Below are positions 30,548-41,301 of a stretch of 64,000 bases of DNA, piece by piece (position 1 is the stretch's first letter; the number at the start of each line of letters is the position of its first letter). The stretch lies in contig JAHPZJ010000028.1 of the NCBI GenBank assembly GCA_019058245.1, forward strand, positions 160,403 through 224,402. The letters run 5' to 3'. The stretch comes from Promethearchaeota archaeon. Lineage in GTDB: Archaea > Asgardarchaeota > Lokiarchaeia > Sigyniarchaeales > SOKP01. The notes below the pieces were generated by a model. It was not told the origin of the DNA and did no database searches. It worked only from the letters and a program-made list of their open reading frames with translations. A program made the translations under genes and the position numbers.

Positions 30548-32793
30548 TGACAAAAGTAGATATTAATGGTGAAAAAGCAGATGTGGAAATGACGATTGAT
30601 GAATATGAAAAAGTTAGGAAACTATTAGCTCGAGAGCCAAATATTACGGAATTGGGGATGTTCGATGTCATGTGGAGCGAACATTGCTCTTATAAATCGT
30701 CACGTCCAAAACTACGAATATTTGAGGACGCTGAGGCAAATTATGATTATGTATTGGCTGGTCCAGGGCAAGATGCTGGAGTTATCGATATTGGGGATGG
30801 ATACGCATTAGCATTTCGAATAGAATCTCATAATCACCCCTCCGCAATTGAGCCATATCATGGTGCGGCTACTGGAATTGGCGGAATCATTCGGGACATA
30901 CTCTGTATGGGCGTTAGACCAATTGCTCTTCTGGATCCTTTAAGATTTGGTACTTTAAAGAATAATCCTCATTCTCAATGGTTATTTAAATATGTAGTAA
31001 AAGGTATTGGGGATTATGGTAATTGTACAGGAATTCCTACTATAGGTGGTGAAGTTGAGTTTGATGAGAGTTTTGAGAGTAATTGTTTAGTTAATGTTGC
31101 GTGTATAGGGTTAGGGACAATCGAAGATTTTAAACATGCTCCAAGTAGAGCATATAATCCAGGTGATTATGTTATTTTAATGGGTGGATCTACAGGTAGA
31201 GATGGCATTCATGGGGTTACATTCGCATCTCGTACTTTAACAGAGATGTCTGAAGAGGATAGACCTGCAGTTCAAATAGGTGATCCCTTTACTAAGAAAT
31301 TGATTATAGAAGCCACATTAGAAGCAATAAAGACAGGATTCGTAAGAGGATTAAAGGATCTTGGTGGCGGGGGCCTAACATGTGCTACAAGTGAATTAAC
31401 GGGGGATGGAGATACGGGAGGAAATATAGATTTAAGAAAGGTTTTTACGAGAGAACCTGGAATGAACTCTTATGAAATAATGCTTTCAGAATCACAGGAA
31501 CGAATGGCATTCATTGTTAAACCAGAAGGATTAGAAACTGTTCTTGATGTTTTTAGAAAGTATGAAATGTCTTTTGCTGTTATTGGGAGAACTGATGATT
31601 CCAAGGTTCTTAAAGTTTTTGATGGAAATAATATAGTTGTAAATATACCTGCTAAAGCTCTTTCAGAATCGCCAACTTTTAAAAGAGAAGAAAAGCGACC
31701 ATCTTATTTAGATCAATTATTATCTCAAAAAACTCCAGAACCAACAATAGGATTAGATGAAATAATTTATAGGTTAATTGCTTCAGAAAATATTTGTAGT
31801 AAAGAATGGATTTATCGGCAATATGATCATGAAGTTGGTGTTAGATCAGTAGTAAAATGTGGAGAAGGAGATTCAGGAGTACTTAGAATTATTGGTACAA
31901 ATAAGTTTATAGCAGCCAGCACAGGTGTTAATTCAAAACATTGTTTCTTAGATCCTTTTAATGGCGTTAAAGGAGGATTAGTTGAAGAATGTGGAAACAT
32001 AATCGCAAATGGCACTAAACCAATGGCGATGGTAAATTGCTGTAATTTTGGAAATCCAGAAATACCGGAATCATTTTGGTATTTTTCTAAATCTGTTGAT
32101 GGAATGAATGAATTTTGTAGAACAATGAGAATCCCTATTGTTGGTGGAAATGTGTCATTTTATAATGAGGATGAGGTTAAAAAAACTGCGATTAAAGCGA
32201 CACCCATGATAATGGTTGTTGGTCTTATTGAAGGTCAAGATAATATTATAACACTTCCATTTAAGGAACCTGGAAATTATATTTTTTTAATTGGTGAAAC
32301 GAAAGCAGAATTAGGAGGATCAGAATATCATTCTGTAATATATGGTCTTGAAGGTGGTATTCCACCAAAAGTAGAGGAGGTAAAAATCAAAGAGATTTGG
32401 GATTTTCTATTTGAACTATATAGCAACGGAATGATTAAGGCTAATCATGACGTAAATAAAGGGGGCTTTATTATTACTATAGCAGAAATGTGTTTTAAGA
32501 ATAAATTGGGAGCAGAACTAGATTTAAAAAATTGTTTTGATGATCATCTAAGAGATGATGAATTTCTTTTTAGTGAATCTTACGGAAGATTTATTATTGA
32601 AACAAAACCAAATGATTATGATAAAGTTCTCAAATTAGCTGAAAAGCATAATGTCAACATTAAAAAGATAGGAGTGTTAAATTCTACTCCCAAAATAATA
32701 ATTAAAGGTTTAAGAACAAAAGACATATATCTGGATATTCAAAAATTAAGAGAAAATTTTGAGTCTACTATTCCAAACTTAATGGAAATTTGA
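30547..32793 (+). CDS. purL: FGAM synthase subunit PurL
   Basis: MWSEHCSYKSS, ESHNHPS, TGRDGIHG, LSESQERM, QYDHEVG, GGNVSFYN. Confidence 0.97.
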   Translation: MTKVDINGEKADVEMTIDEYEKVRKLLAREPNITELGMFDVMWSEHCSYKSSRPKLRIFEDAEANYDYVLAGPGQDAGVIDIGDGYALAFRIESHNHPSAIEPYHGAATGIGGIIRDILCMGVRPIALLDPLRFGTLKNNPHSQWLFKYVVKGIGDYGNCTGIPTIGGEVEFDESFESNCLVNVACIGLGTIEDFKHAPSRAYNPGDYVILMGGSTGRDGIHGVTFASRTLTEMSEEDRPAVQIGDPFTKKLIIEATLEAIKTGFVRGLKDLGGGGLTCATSELTGDGDTGGNIDLRKVFTREPGMNSYEIMLSESQERMAFIVKPEGLETVLDVFRKYEMSFAVIGRTDDSKVLKVFDGNNIVVNIPAKALSESPTFKREEKRPSYLDQLLSQKTPEPTIGLDEIIYRLIASENICSKEWIYRQYDHEVGVRSVVKCGEGDSGVLRIIGTNKFIAASTGVNSKHCFLDPFNGVKGGLVEECGNIIANGTKPMAMVNCCNFGNPEIPESFWYFSKSVDGMNEFCRTMRIPIVGGNVSFYNEDEVKKTAIKATPMIMVVGLIEGQDNIITLPFKEPGNYIFLIGETKAELGGSEYHSVIYGLEGGIPPKVEEVKIKEIWDFLFELYSNGMIKANHDVNKGGFIITIAEMCFKNKLGAELDLKNCFDDHLRDDEFLFSESYGRFIIETKPNDYDKVLKLAEKHNVNIKKIGVLNSTPKIIIKGLRTKDIYLDIQKLRENFESTIPNLMEI

Positions 32794-32963
32794 GTATGAT
32801 TAAAAAAGGGAAATTAAATATTTAAATACATTTAAAAGGATTCTAATGATTTAAAAAAAATTCTTCAAGATAATACAACATTTTTAATTTAAAACCAAAA
32901 ATTTGATATATTTTTAATTTCTTTTTTAAATAGGAGAATACTAGATTAAAGATTATTATTATT

Positions 32964-33170
32964 ATGAGTGTTCGAGCTCGTGCTTGTATAAAGTGTAAAG
33001 AATATGTTATAATTCATCCGGGTAATCCCATTAATCAAGTAGAAATTAAGAAATTCGAAAAAGTGCATTTAGGTCACACTATAGTGACAGTTGATTTAAA
33101 TGAGGTAAAAGGAGCTTATTCATCTTATAAAAACGGCACAAATGAGAATGATACTCAAAAAACTGAATAA
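32964..33170 (+). CDS. Small putative zinc-binding protein (CxxC...HxxH)
   Basis: RACIKCKEY...FEKVHLGH. Confidence 0.7.
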   Translation: MSVRARACIKCKEYVIIHPGNPINQVEIKKFEKVHLGHTIVTVDLNEVKGAYSSYKNGTNENDTQKTE

Positions 33171-33234
33171 TTTCACTTCTTATTTCTAAAGTTATTAAAT
33201 TTTTAATTAAAAAAAAATTAAGTAATTAATTATT

Positions 33235-34734
33235 TTATTGTTCTATCTTAGTACCACACCATTTACAGAATTTTTCAGTTCCTGTTAGTTTACTTCCACA
33301 TAGAGAACATGTTTTTGCTTCAGCTGGAGTAGTAACAGAGGGAACACCAATTTGTCTTCCTTCAATTTTCCCTCCACAATTAGGACAGAATTTAGAATCA
33401 GGTTTTAATGGTGCTTTACATCGTTTACATTTTTGGATTTTTTCAGGTGTTTCAATAACTGCTGCTTTAGCAGGTGTGGATTTATAAGGTGAAGATTTAG
33501 CTGGTGTTTGCTCAGGTGATTTAAGCTTTAACTTTTTCTGACCCTTTCTTGCTATTACTGCTGCTAATATTACTATGACAATAATTACAAGAACAATGAT
33601 TAAGATCCATTGAATATTCAACCAACGCTCTCGAGAGGTTACTCCAGTATTATATGTTACATCAAATCTAATGGTAGTTGACTCCATTGATGATTTCATT
33701 GGATCAAAGTAGATAAAAAAATACCAATCTCCTGAAGAAGGTACAGAATATGAACCGGAGATAGTATCACCTTCTTGTATTTCTTCCGTATATATACCAC
33801 TAAAATCTAATACATTTGTAGCTGTATAATTAATAGTGTAATCGATATCAACAGAAGAACCTCCATCATTATACCAGACAAGATAGTAATCCTGGGAAAT
33901 ACTCACAGTAAAAGAACTAATAACTTGATCTGTATTTGGATAACTCCTCCAGAATGTTGGTGACCCTCCTTGATCCCAAGTATAGAGATCATTTGCATCA
34001 GCAATAAAGAAATCAATCTGACTACTTGCATTAAATTCATATTGAATTATTGAACCAGATCTTAGAAAATTCCATTCAGTCCAATACTCATTGTTTGAAA
34101 GGGTTTTTGCATATTCAATGTCTATATATTCTGTAGTCTTTGGAATGTTTTCAAAAGGTTGATTCCAGATTGCAAATGTCAAATCGCTAGACAATGATTG
34201 AATAGAGTAATCTATGGTTCCTTCTTCTATATGCTCATATTCATACCAAAATTCATTGAAATATAGCGTTTCAGTGGATCGATAATTTACATAGCCATTT
34301 TCATCAGCGTTACTAAAGGGAAACATAAATGCAACCCCCGCAATAGGAAGTATAACTAAAGCTAGTATTATTATAAATAAAATTCCACCACCAACATAGA
34401 CAGGACTATAATACCAAGGGCGATAATAATATCCTGACCACCAAGGTGAATACCACCACCGATAATACCAAGGTCGATGATACCACCAATAAGGTCTATA
34501 ATATCTACGGTGGGGGCTGTAATATCTATGTGAATAAGGACCACTTGGAGATCTTGATGTTATTCTTGTAGCACCAGTTCTCCCAAAGGGTGTACCACCC
34601 CGAGATCCTCCTCCTCGATAACTTCCGCCAAACCCACCTCCTCGAAATCCTCCGCCAAACCCACCTCCACCTCGAAATCCCCCGCCTCGAAATCCGCCTC
34701 CGCCTCGAAATCCGCCCCCTCCACCACGTGGCAC
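33235..34734 (-). CDS. Membrane protein: RGG repeat N-terminus, Y/W/R-rich tract, TM, beta-rich domain, TM, two double zinc ribbons
   Basis: (FRGGG)n start; YYRPYWWYHRPWYYRWWY; two TM helices; CKRC..CPNCG and CSLCG..CKWCG. Confidence 0.85.
   Translation of the reverse strand: MPRGGGGGFRGGGGFRGGGFRGGGGFGGGFRGGGFGGSYRGGGSRGGTPFGRTGATRITSRSPSGPYSHRYYSPHRRYYRPYWWYHRPWYYRWWYSPWWSGYYYRPWYYSPVYVGGGILFIIILALVILPIAGVAFMFPFSNADENGYVNYRSTETLYFNEFWYEYEHIEEGTIDYSIQSLSSDLTFAIWNQPFENIPKTTEYIDIEYAKTLSNNEYWTEWNFLRSGSIIQYEFNASSQIDFFIADANDLYTWDQGGSPTFWRSYPNTDQVISSFTVSISQDYYLVWYNDGGSSVDIDYTINYTATNVLDFSGIYTEEIQEGDTISGSYSVPSSGDWYFFIYFDPMKSSMESTTIRFDVTYNTGVTSRERWLNIQWILIIVLVIIVIVILAAVIARKGQKKLKLKSPEQTPAKSSPYKSTPAKAAVIETPEKIQKCKRCKAPLKPDSKFCPNCGGKIEGRQIGVPSVTTPAEAKTCSLCGSKLTGTEKFCKWCGTKIEQ
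34595..34734 (-). repeat. GC-rich imperfect tandem repeat encoding RGG/FGG units
   Basis: Repeated cctcgaaatcc and ccgccaaacccacc units in an otherwise very AT-rich sequence. Confidence 0.8.
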
Positions 34735-34736
34735 TT

Positions 34737-35738
34737 TTAATTTGACACCTCACTAGCTCTATTTTCTGGATTCTCAATTCCTCTAAAAATGTAATCTCTA
34801 TTTATAGCAAATAAAAATAGTATCATAGAAACAACTGACATAATCAGTCCTACGATATCCATTGATATTATTGGTGAAGGCGTCATAGTTGCAAAAGCAA
34901 TACCGAATAAGATCCATTGAAAAGCCATGAAAAACACAGTTAAGCCTGGTATGACCTTCTTTATTATCCAGCTAGTATGAATATTTCTAATATCAGAAAA
35001 TGCTGCATAAAGAATTGAACAAAGACCAATAATACTAAAAATCAACATTAACACACCAAAAATGTCTATTACAATCCATATAGGGGCAGCTAAATTAAGA
35101 TATGGCACTAATATCCCTGAACCTCTTAGATCAAATAAATTGAAAACAAGAATTGGGTCTTCTATAATTGGTCCCATCCCCATTAAACTCATTAGATCAC
35201 TATATCGACCGATAAAATATCCAAAAATTCCTGCTAAAGGTAGAATTACACCAAGTGTGAATGCTATGATAGCACATATACTAGCAAACCAAAATTCAGC
35301 AACTCTAGTATTTTTTACTGGAATTAACCCAATATCATCAAAGGTTTGATCTGGAATATAACTCCAGCAATCCTGAATTGTACATACCCCTACAAGTTTT
35401 TCATCTTCAACCACTGGTACAACATTTACATTCAAATTTCTCATTCTATTAAACGCTTCTGTGACTGTAGTATTAAGTGTAACTGGATCGATTTTATACA
35501 TTGCTGAAATTACATTTTCCGTTTTAGCATCTTTTCCTTCTGCTACTATATTTTGTATAATATCAAAATCTGCAATGACTCCAAGAACTTTTTGTTTCTC
35601 CTTCTTAATCACCACTAAATCGGGAACTCCTAATTCTTTCATTTTCTTTGCGGCATCCTGAATCGTCGCATTTGAGTCAATAATTCCATATTCATCATTA
35701 ATTACTAAATCTCGAACAAAATATTCTTTTAAAGACAT
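34737..35738 (-). CDS. CBS-pair protein with four-TM C-terminus
   Basis: ATIQDAAKKMKE..V.DLVV..VLGVI..DI, VPVVEDEKLVGV; ends 2 nt before the RGG gene start. Confidence 0.8.
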   Translation of the reverse strand: MSLKEYFVRDLVINDEYGIIDSNATIQDAAKKMKELGVPDLVVIKKEKQKVLGVIADFDIIQNIVAEGKDAKTENVISAMYKIDPVTLNTTVTEAFNRMRNLNVNVVPVVEDEKLVGVCTIQDCWSYIPDQTFDDIGLIPVKNTRVAEFWFASICAIIAFTLGVILPLAGIFGYFIGRYSDLMSLMGMGPIIEDPILVFNLFDLRGSGILVPYLNLAAPIWIVIDIFGVLMLIFSIIGLCSILYAAFSDIRNIHTSWIIKKVIPGLTVFFMAFQWILFGIAFATMTPSPIISMDIVGLIMSVVSMILFLFAINRDYIFRGIENPENRASEVSN

Positions 35739-35984
35739 GGATAAACCATCCTATTTTCAGTTAAATTATTTTTTATGAATTAACAAAAGAATGGAATATT
35801 TAAATCTTTTTATTCTCATAAATTTCTGATAAATACAATTGAAAAGTAAAGATTGGTCTCTCTATGTTTAATATTATTTGATTAACAAGCTTATTATTTC
35901 GATTGAATAAATAAGTGAATCTTTAGCAAAAGAGATAAGTAAAATTTAAAAAATCAATATAATTTTCAAAATTTAATTAGAATT

Positions 35985-36785
35985 TTATTCAAAAAAACTT
36001 GATATTGAACTAAAAGAATCGATAACCATAAAAGGTTCAATTTTTGAAGTCTTAAAATCATAAAATTGTCCCTTTCCAGTCTTAACAAGAACACCTTTTA
36101 AATCTGAATTAATTGCTCCTTGAATATCAGATTCTAAATCATCCCCCACCACCAATATTTCATTAGGTGTAAGATGTAATTTATTGAGAGCTTGTAAGAA
36201 ATAATCTTTTGATGGTTTTCCAAATATTTTAGGGAGAACATTTGCGGCATTAGCAATCATTTGTACAAAAGATCCCGTATCTATAACGGGTTCACCTTTT
36301 TTATCGAGATAATATTTATTTCCCTGTGTTCCTAAGAGTTTGGCACCTTTAAGTATATATTGAAAAGCTGCATTGAGACGTTTAACATCCCAATTATCAT
36401 GAAAATCACCTATAATTACAAACTCTGGTATTTCAGATCCTCTAACTTGAGAAAATTCTTCAAATTCTTTTAAAACTTCTTCTGTAGTGACGAAATAAGA
36501 CTTTTTCTCAGGATATTTCGATAAGAATTCTCTTAAAGCAATAATTGGTGTAAATATTTCATCCATTTTTATATTAAATCCATACTGTTGTAAGGTCTTT
36601 AAAACTGTTTTTGGAGTTTTACTGTCCGTATTAGTAAGAAAGAGCAATTTAATATCTGCATTTTTAAGTTTAGATACTGTTTTAATCGCATCTGGTATTG
36701 GAGAGCCTTTAAAATAGAGTGTTCCATCTATATCAATTAATAATCCTTTAATTTTATGGAACAATTCTTTATTACTCATTCTCAA
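35985..36785 (-). CDS. HAD-IIA family hydrolase (LHPP/NagD-like)
   Basis: DIDGTL, LTNT, GKPS, VGDDLESDI.GA, LVKTGK. Confidence 0.9.
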   Translation of the reverse strand: MRMSNKELFHKIKGLLIDIDGTLYFKGSPIPDAIKTVSKLKNADIKLLFLTNTDSKTPKTVLKTLQQYGFNIKMDEIFTPIIALREFLSKYPEKKSYFVTTEEVLKEFEEFSQVRGSEIPEFVIIGDFHDNWDVKRLNAAFQYILKGAKLLGTQGNKYYLDKKGEPVIDTGSFVQMIANAANVLPKIFGKPSKDYFLQALNKLHLTPNEILVVGDDLESDIQGAINSDLKGVLVKTGKGQFYDFKTSKIEPFMVIDSFSSISSFFE

Positions 36786-36806
36786 CCATAAGTTTAGTTA
36801 TATAGT

Positions 36807-37823
36807 TTATGGATAATAAATTCTTTCAGCTTTATAAAACCAACCAGGGCTAAGCGTTGATAAATATTTACCTCTAATAGCAAGTTGCCACACAATTTCT
36901 CCATCAGAAGTTACTTCGAAAATTTTCGGGCTATTACCAACAACACCGACAATTAAAGTATTATTGTTTGCTAATCGATCTGCATCTCTCGCAAATGTTA
37001 AATTATCTCTATGATATGTCCAAACTACATTTGAGGTTGTATTTTTAATTTCCACAACTTGATTTGGGGCAGTCCATTGAAGTGCGATTACAATATTACC
37101 ATTAGGATGAAATTCTGGTTCATGGGGATCATCTCCTAAAGAAGACCAATTAAGTTCTTTAAGAACTTTACCTGCATTGTTTACTATAACTGTTAAATTG
37201 AAATTTCTAAGATTTATTGCTGTATTTCCATTTTGGAATCGAGTTACTGCATTTGAATGAGTCCAACCTTGCATTGAAATATTCTTATAAGGATCATAAT
37301 AATAATGATCTTTAGCCTTCCAAGACCATATGATAGTACCTGCAGTATTTACTTCTTTTACTTGAAGATCATCATGAGTATCACTCCCTCCCCATATAAA
37401 GATAGTATTTCCATTTGGTAATCTATCAGCATCATGAGAAGCTTTATCATCCAAATAAGACCAAACTATTATACCAGCTCTATTAATTTCATATATTCCC
37501 TTTTGAGGCGCCAGAAATAAGACATTATTACTTGGCAAAAGTTCTACATCAAAACCCGGATTAGTATATGATTTAATATCATCTGGTAAAATATATTCCC
37601 AAACGACATTTCCATCCATATCAACTTCAACTATTCTAGGTTCTTCTCCATTACTTAAATCTGCAAATAATGTAGTTCCTGTGAAAGTCTTATCAGGATT
37701 ATATATTTCTATTAAAAAGTAACTCTGTTCCTCATTTAGTAAAATGAAAAACAAGATCCCAATAATTGATGCACTTATTATTATTACCATTAAGGAAATT
37801 ACATAAATTGATTTCTTTTTCAT
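36807..37823 (-). CDS. Aryl-sulfate sulfotransferase-like beta-propeller protein, membrane-anchored
   Basis: N-terminal TM; EVDMDGNVVWEY, HDADRLPNGNT, WTHSNAV, PHEPE, FYKAERI. Confidence 0.7.
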   Translation of the reverse strand: MKKKSIYVISLMVIIISASIIGILFFILLNEEQSYFLIEIYNPDKTFTGTTLFADLSNGEEPRIVEVDMDGNVVWEYILPDDIKSYTNPGFDVELLPSNNVLFLAPQKGIYEINRAGIIVWSYLDDKASHDADRLPNGNTIFIWGGSDTHDDLQVKEVNTAGTIIWSWKAKDHYYYDPYKNISMQGWTHSNAVTRFQNGNTAINLRNFNLTVIVNNAGKVLKELNWSSLGDDPHEPEFHPNGNIVIALQWTAPNQVVEIKNTTSNVVWTYHRDNLTFARDADRLANNNTLIVGVVGNSPKIFEVTSDGEIVWQLAIRGKYLSTLSPGWFYKAERIYYP

Positions 37824-38059
37824 CTAATTCACATCGAGTTTTCTAAAGAAAAGTTGCATTTTCTTACTATTAAAAGTTTTTACTGAGAAAAACAAATATG
37901 AAAAATTTTTCTAAATTTCCTTTATCATAGTAGTTTATAGAAACCCTACAATGTTTTTATTTCAAATATTTAAACTTTAGTGAAAAAAAAGCCTTAAAAA
38001 GCAAAAATTTGTACTTATATGTAGAAACATATTAAATTATAAAAGAAAGTGAAAAGATT

Positions 38060-39046
38060 TTGGATTTGCCTCTTGGTCAATATGATACTTACGTTTATTT
38101 TATAGTAGGTTTTTCAGCTTGGATAGGATTAGCATTATTCTTCTACTTTAAACTGGGAAAAAATATTCATAGTATAGAATTTAAAGTAGGAATTATGATG
38201 GTATCCGCAATGATGATTATTGCACTCTTAGTAACATTACAAATAGCAATATTTGAGAATGCATGGTTAACATTCCTTTTAGTTATAGGGGTAGTATTAG
38301 TAATTGTCATTTATTTTATAAATAAAACTGTAATGAATCTTAAAAACACTCAAGACCAACTTAATCAAGTACTAGAAAATTCTTCATCAATGTCTATTCA
38401 AGTGGCAAATATAGCCACAGAATTAGCAGCAAGTGCGAGTGAAGTGAATGTAGCATCAGAAGAAATTTCTTCAACCACACAACAAGTATCTACAAATACA
38501 CAAGATCAAGTAAGTTCTCTTGTGGAAATCAGTAGAATGTCAAATAATATAAATGAACTTTCTCATGAAATCATGAAATCCACTGACGATATAAACAGAA
38601 TAATGGACCTTATAACAAATATTTCAGATCAGACAAATCTTTTGGCATTAAATGCAAGTATAGAAGCAGGTCGCGCTGGAGAATATGGTAGAGGATTCGC
38701 AGTAGTAGCGGATGAAGTGAGAAAACTTGCAGAAGAATCCAAGAATGCTACAATTAGTACTGCAACACAGATAAAAGACATAACAAATCGCATCAAAATG
38801 ACTGTTGATTTGATTAGTGCGATAACACAAGATATTGAAGGTGCAACTGAAGCAGGCGAAGAAAATTCAAGAGCACTTGAAAATATTAGTGCTTCTTCAG
38901 AACAACAAACATCTTCAATGGAAGATATCGCTTCTACAGCAAGTAAATTAGGTATTCTCGCCGAAGACTTAAAAAGTAATTTGGCTAAATATAACTTTGA
39001 TAATCCATTAAAAGAGACACCAAAATCAATTAAGATGTCAAAATAA
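38060..39046 (+). CDS. Methyl-accepting chemotaxis protein (3 TM + signalling hairpin)
   Basis: [37 protein letters not shown]. Confidence 0.92.
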   Translation: MDLPLGQYDTYVYFIVGFSAWIGLALFFYFKLGKNIHSIEFKVGIMMVSAMMIIALLVTLQIAIFENAWLTFLLVIGVVLVIVIYFINKTVMNLKNTQDQLNQVLENSSSMSIQVANIATELAASASEVNVASEEISSTTQQVSTNTQDQVSSLVEISRMSNNINELSHEIMKSTDDINRIMDLITNISDQTNLLALNASIEAGRAGEYGRGFAVVADEVRKLAEESKNATISTATQIKDITNRIKMTVDLISAITQDIEGATEAGEENSRALENISASSEQQTSSMEDIASTASKLGILAEDLKSNLAKYNFDNPLKETPKSIKMSK

Positions 39047-39081
39047 AACCAAAATTAGAAAAATAAGAGATCTTGTCATAA

Positions 39082-40008
39082 ATGTTATTTCAAAGTATAT
39101 TTAATGACCCGATAATTAGTATAATTATCTCATTAGTTACAGTAGTAATATTTATCTTCTTCTGGCGATTTGTTTTTAGAAATGAAAGCAATAGAATAAT
39201 GTTTAAAGTTGCTGTCTTGATGACAGTAATGTATAGTACTATGTCAATCTCAAGCAGCATTCAATATACAGATCTCGGAGAATATAGCTTTATTGTTATT
39301 ATTTTACTCATTGTAGTTACGCCATTGGCGTTTTATGCAATTTATTATACTACAAGGATAATCAAAAAGCAATATAACAATTTAGAAAACGTTATTAATG
39401 TTGCAAAAGAAAGCTCTATTGATGTCTCTAATATAGCAGCAGAATTAGCAGCAAGTGCAAGCGAAGTCAATACTGCTTCTGAAGAAATTTCCTCATCAAC
39501 GCAAGCAGTTGCACAGGATAGCCAAAATATAATGCTTTCTTCAAATGAAATTAAAAAAATTATAGAGATAATAATATCTATTTCTGACCAAACAAATTTA
39601 TTAGCATTAAACGCTAGTATTGAAGCTGGTCGAGCTGGGGAATATGGTAGAGGATTCGCAGTTGTAGCTGATGAAGTAAGAAAATTAGCTGATTTATCAA
39701 AAAGATCTGTTAATACCACAGAATCACAAATTATTGATATTCTTAGGAGACTTGAATCTATAGTACAGGCTATAGAAGGAATCAGTGCATCTGCGGAACA
39801 ACAGACCGCATCTATGGAAGAAATCTCTGCTACAGCTAATAAATTAGGTAATTTAGCAGAAAATTTAAAGCATAATTTATCTCAAGATAGAATTATTAAG
39901 TCAGGAGAAATAAAGACAGAGAAAATTAAAAAACAAAAAGAAGAAAAGAAACCAAAAGAACGTAAAAAGTTAACAGCTTTTAAAAAGTTAAAAATTACAA
40001 GAAATTAA
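39082..40008 (+). CDS. Methyl-accepting chemotaxis protein paralog with shorter hairpin
   Basis: Identical hairpin-tip motif; 3 TM N-terminus; Lys-rich tail. Confidence 0.92.
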   Translation: MLFQSIFNDPIISIIISLVTVVIFIFFWRFVFRNESNRIMFKVAVLMTVMYSTMSISSSIQYTDLGEYSFIVIILLIVVTPLAFYAIYYTTRIIKKQYNNLENVINVAKESSIDVSNIAAELAASASEVNTASEEISSSTQAVAQDSQNIMLSSNEIKKIIEIIISISDQTNLLALNASIEAGRAGEYGRGFAVVADEVRKLADLSKRSVNTTESQIIDILRRLESIVQAIEGISASAEQQTASMEEISATANKLGNLAENLKHNLSQDRIIKSGEIKTEKIKKQKEEKKPKERKKLTAFKKLKITRN

Positions 40009-40597
40009 ACTACCTAAATTAGAAGCGAAATAGAATCAATAAGCTTTAAATAATTTTACTTTCCCAAGTATTTATATTATTTTATCACTAAAACTAACTA
40101 CTGGTTCGTTTTATCTTAGGATTATTTATTATAAGTATTTAAGATCATTTCCTTTTAAAAATTATATCAGAACCCATAGACGATTTAAATATTCGTGAAA
40201 GCTTCATTTCACGTTTAACTATATATCGTATAATATTATCTTAAGATAATACAGATATTACATAAAATTGATTTCTAAAGGAAAAACTATATTATTTTTA
40301 AAAAAATTATTTCGTTATTCGATTTTTAATTCATTTTAAAACTCTTTTGAGTTAAAATTCATGTTAAATTTATTCATAATATTAATTAATATCATCATAA
40401 ACTATATTTAAAAGCGTTATTTATTACTTTTTAATCATATCTTATAATTTGAGAACTTTTATAAAATACTGAGTCATATAATTTTCTGTTTCTTCATTTT
40501 AAATAAAATACTATTTAAAGACAATTCTATTCTTATAATTTGCCATTATTCGATCTCCGATATATTTATTAAGGTGTGTTATTTTCTTATATATGAT

Positions 40598-40615
40598 ATA
40601 TTCAATATCGAATAT
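40598..40615. promoter_or_regulatory. Candidate PadR operator (near-perfect 18-bp palindrome)
   Basis: ATATTCAATATCGAATAT (one mismatch) about 30 nt upstream of padR; degenerate copy near 40546-40564. Confidence 0.4.
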
Positions 40616-40647
40616 TAAAAAAAATAAAATATTTGGAGAGTTAAAAA

Positions 40648-41298
40648 TTGTTCTTCGGAAAACGATTTAGCGGTTATCGAGGAGAAGATTTTTCTGGGTT
40701 AGATCTATTGGTATTATCAATAATAAGAAATCATGAAGGAATATCTGGATATGAAATAAGTCAAGTGATCAACAGAAAATTCAAACCAATGTGGAGAGCA
40801 TCCCCAGGAACTATTTATCCCTTACTAAGTAGATTAGATGAAAAAGGATTTGTTGAATCAAAAGAGTTAATTGATGAAAATAATCGTCAAAAAAAGACTT
40901 ATAAAATAACCATCCAAGGAATAGAGAGATTAAAAGAAACTTTAAAAGATAATTTTGAGCCTAGTATGAATACGCTCGGAGATTATATCCGTACAGTAGT
41001 AAATGCATGGTTACCTCATGAAAAAGGAATTAAAAATGTTATGTCATGTTTTCCTTTTCATTGTGCTCCAGTCGAAAGAAAAATAGATGAAGAAGATTAT
41101 TCTCTGAAAAACATCGAAAGAGTTGAGAGAATAATAAGTGACCTAAAATTTAGTAAAGAAAGGCTATCAATAAGATTAAAAGAAATTGAGAAAGATATCA
41201 AAAAATACATAGAAATCTTAGAAATGCTAAAAGAGAAAAGGAGTGCAAATACTAAAACAATCCCGATTGTAGACGATGATGAGTTTGAGAATTTTTAA
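40648..41298 (+). CDS. PadR-family transcriptional regulator
   Basis: SGYEI...W.ASPGTIYPLLSRL..KGFV, KKTYKIT..G. Confidence 0.9.
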   Translation: MFFGKRFSGYRGEDFSGLDLLVLSIIRNHEGISGYEISQVINRKFKPMWRASPGTIYPLLSRLDEKGFVESKELIDENNRQKKTYKITIQGIERLKETLKDNFEPSMNTLGDYIRTVVNAWLPHEKGIKNVMSCFPFHCAPVERKIDEEDYSLKNIERVERIISDLKFSKERLSIRLKEIEKDIKKYIEILEMLKEKRSANTKTIPIVDDDEFENF

Positions 41299-41301
41299 CT
41301 T

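Noticed and set aside
34595-34734. GC-rich repeats as a CRISPR array or RNA gene
   Set aside because: Units are multiples of 3 nt, have no spacers, and encode the RGG tract in frame
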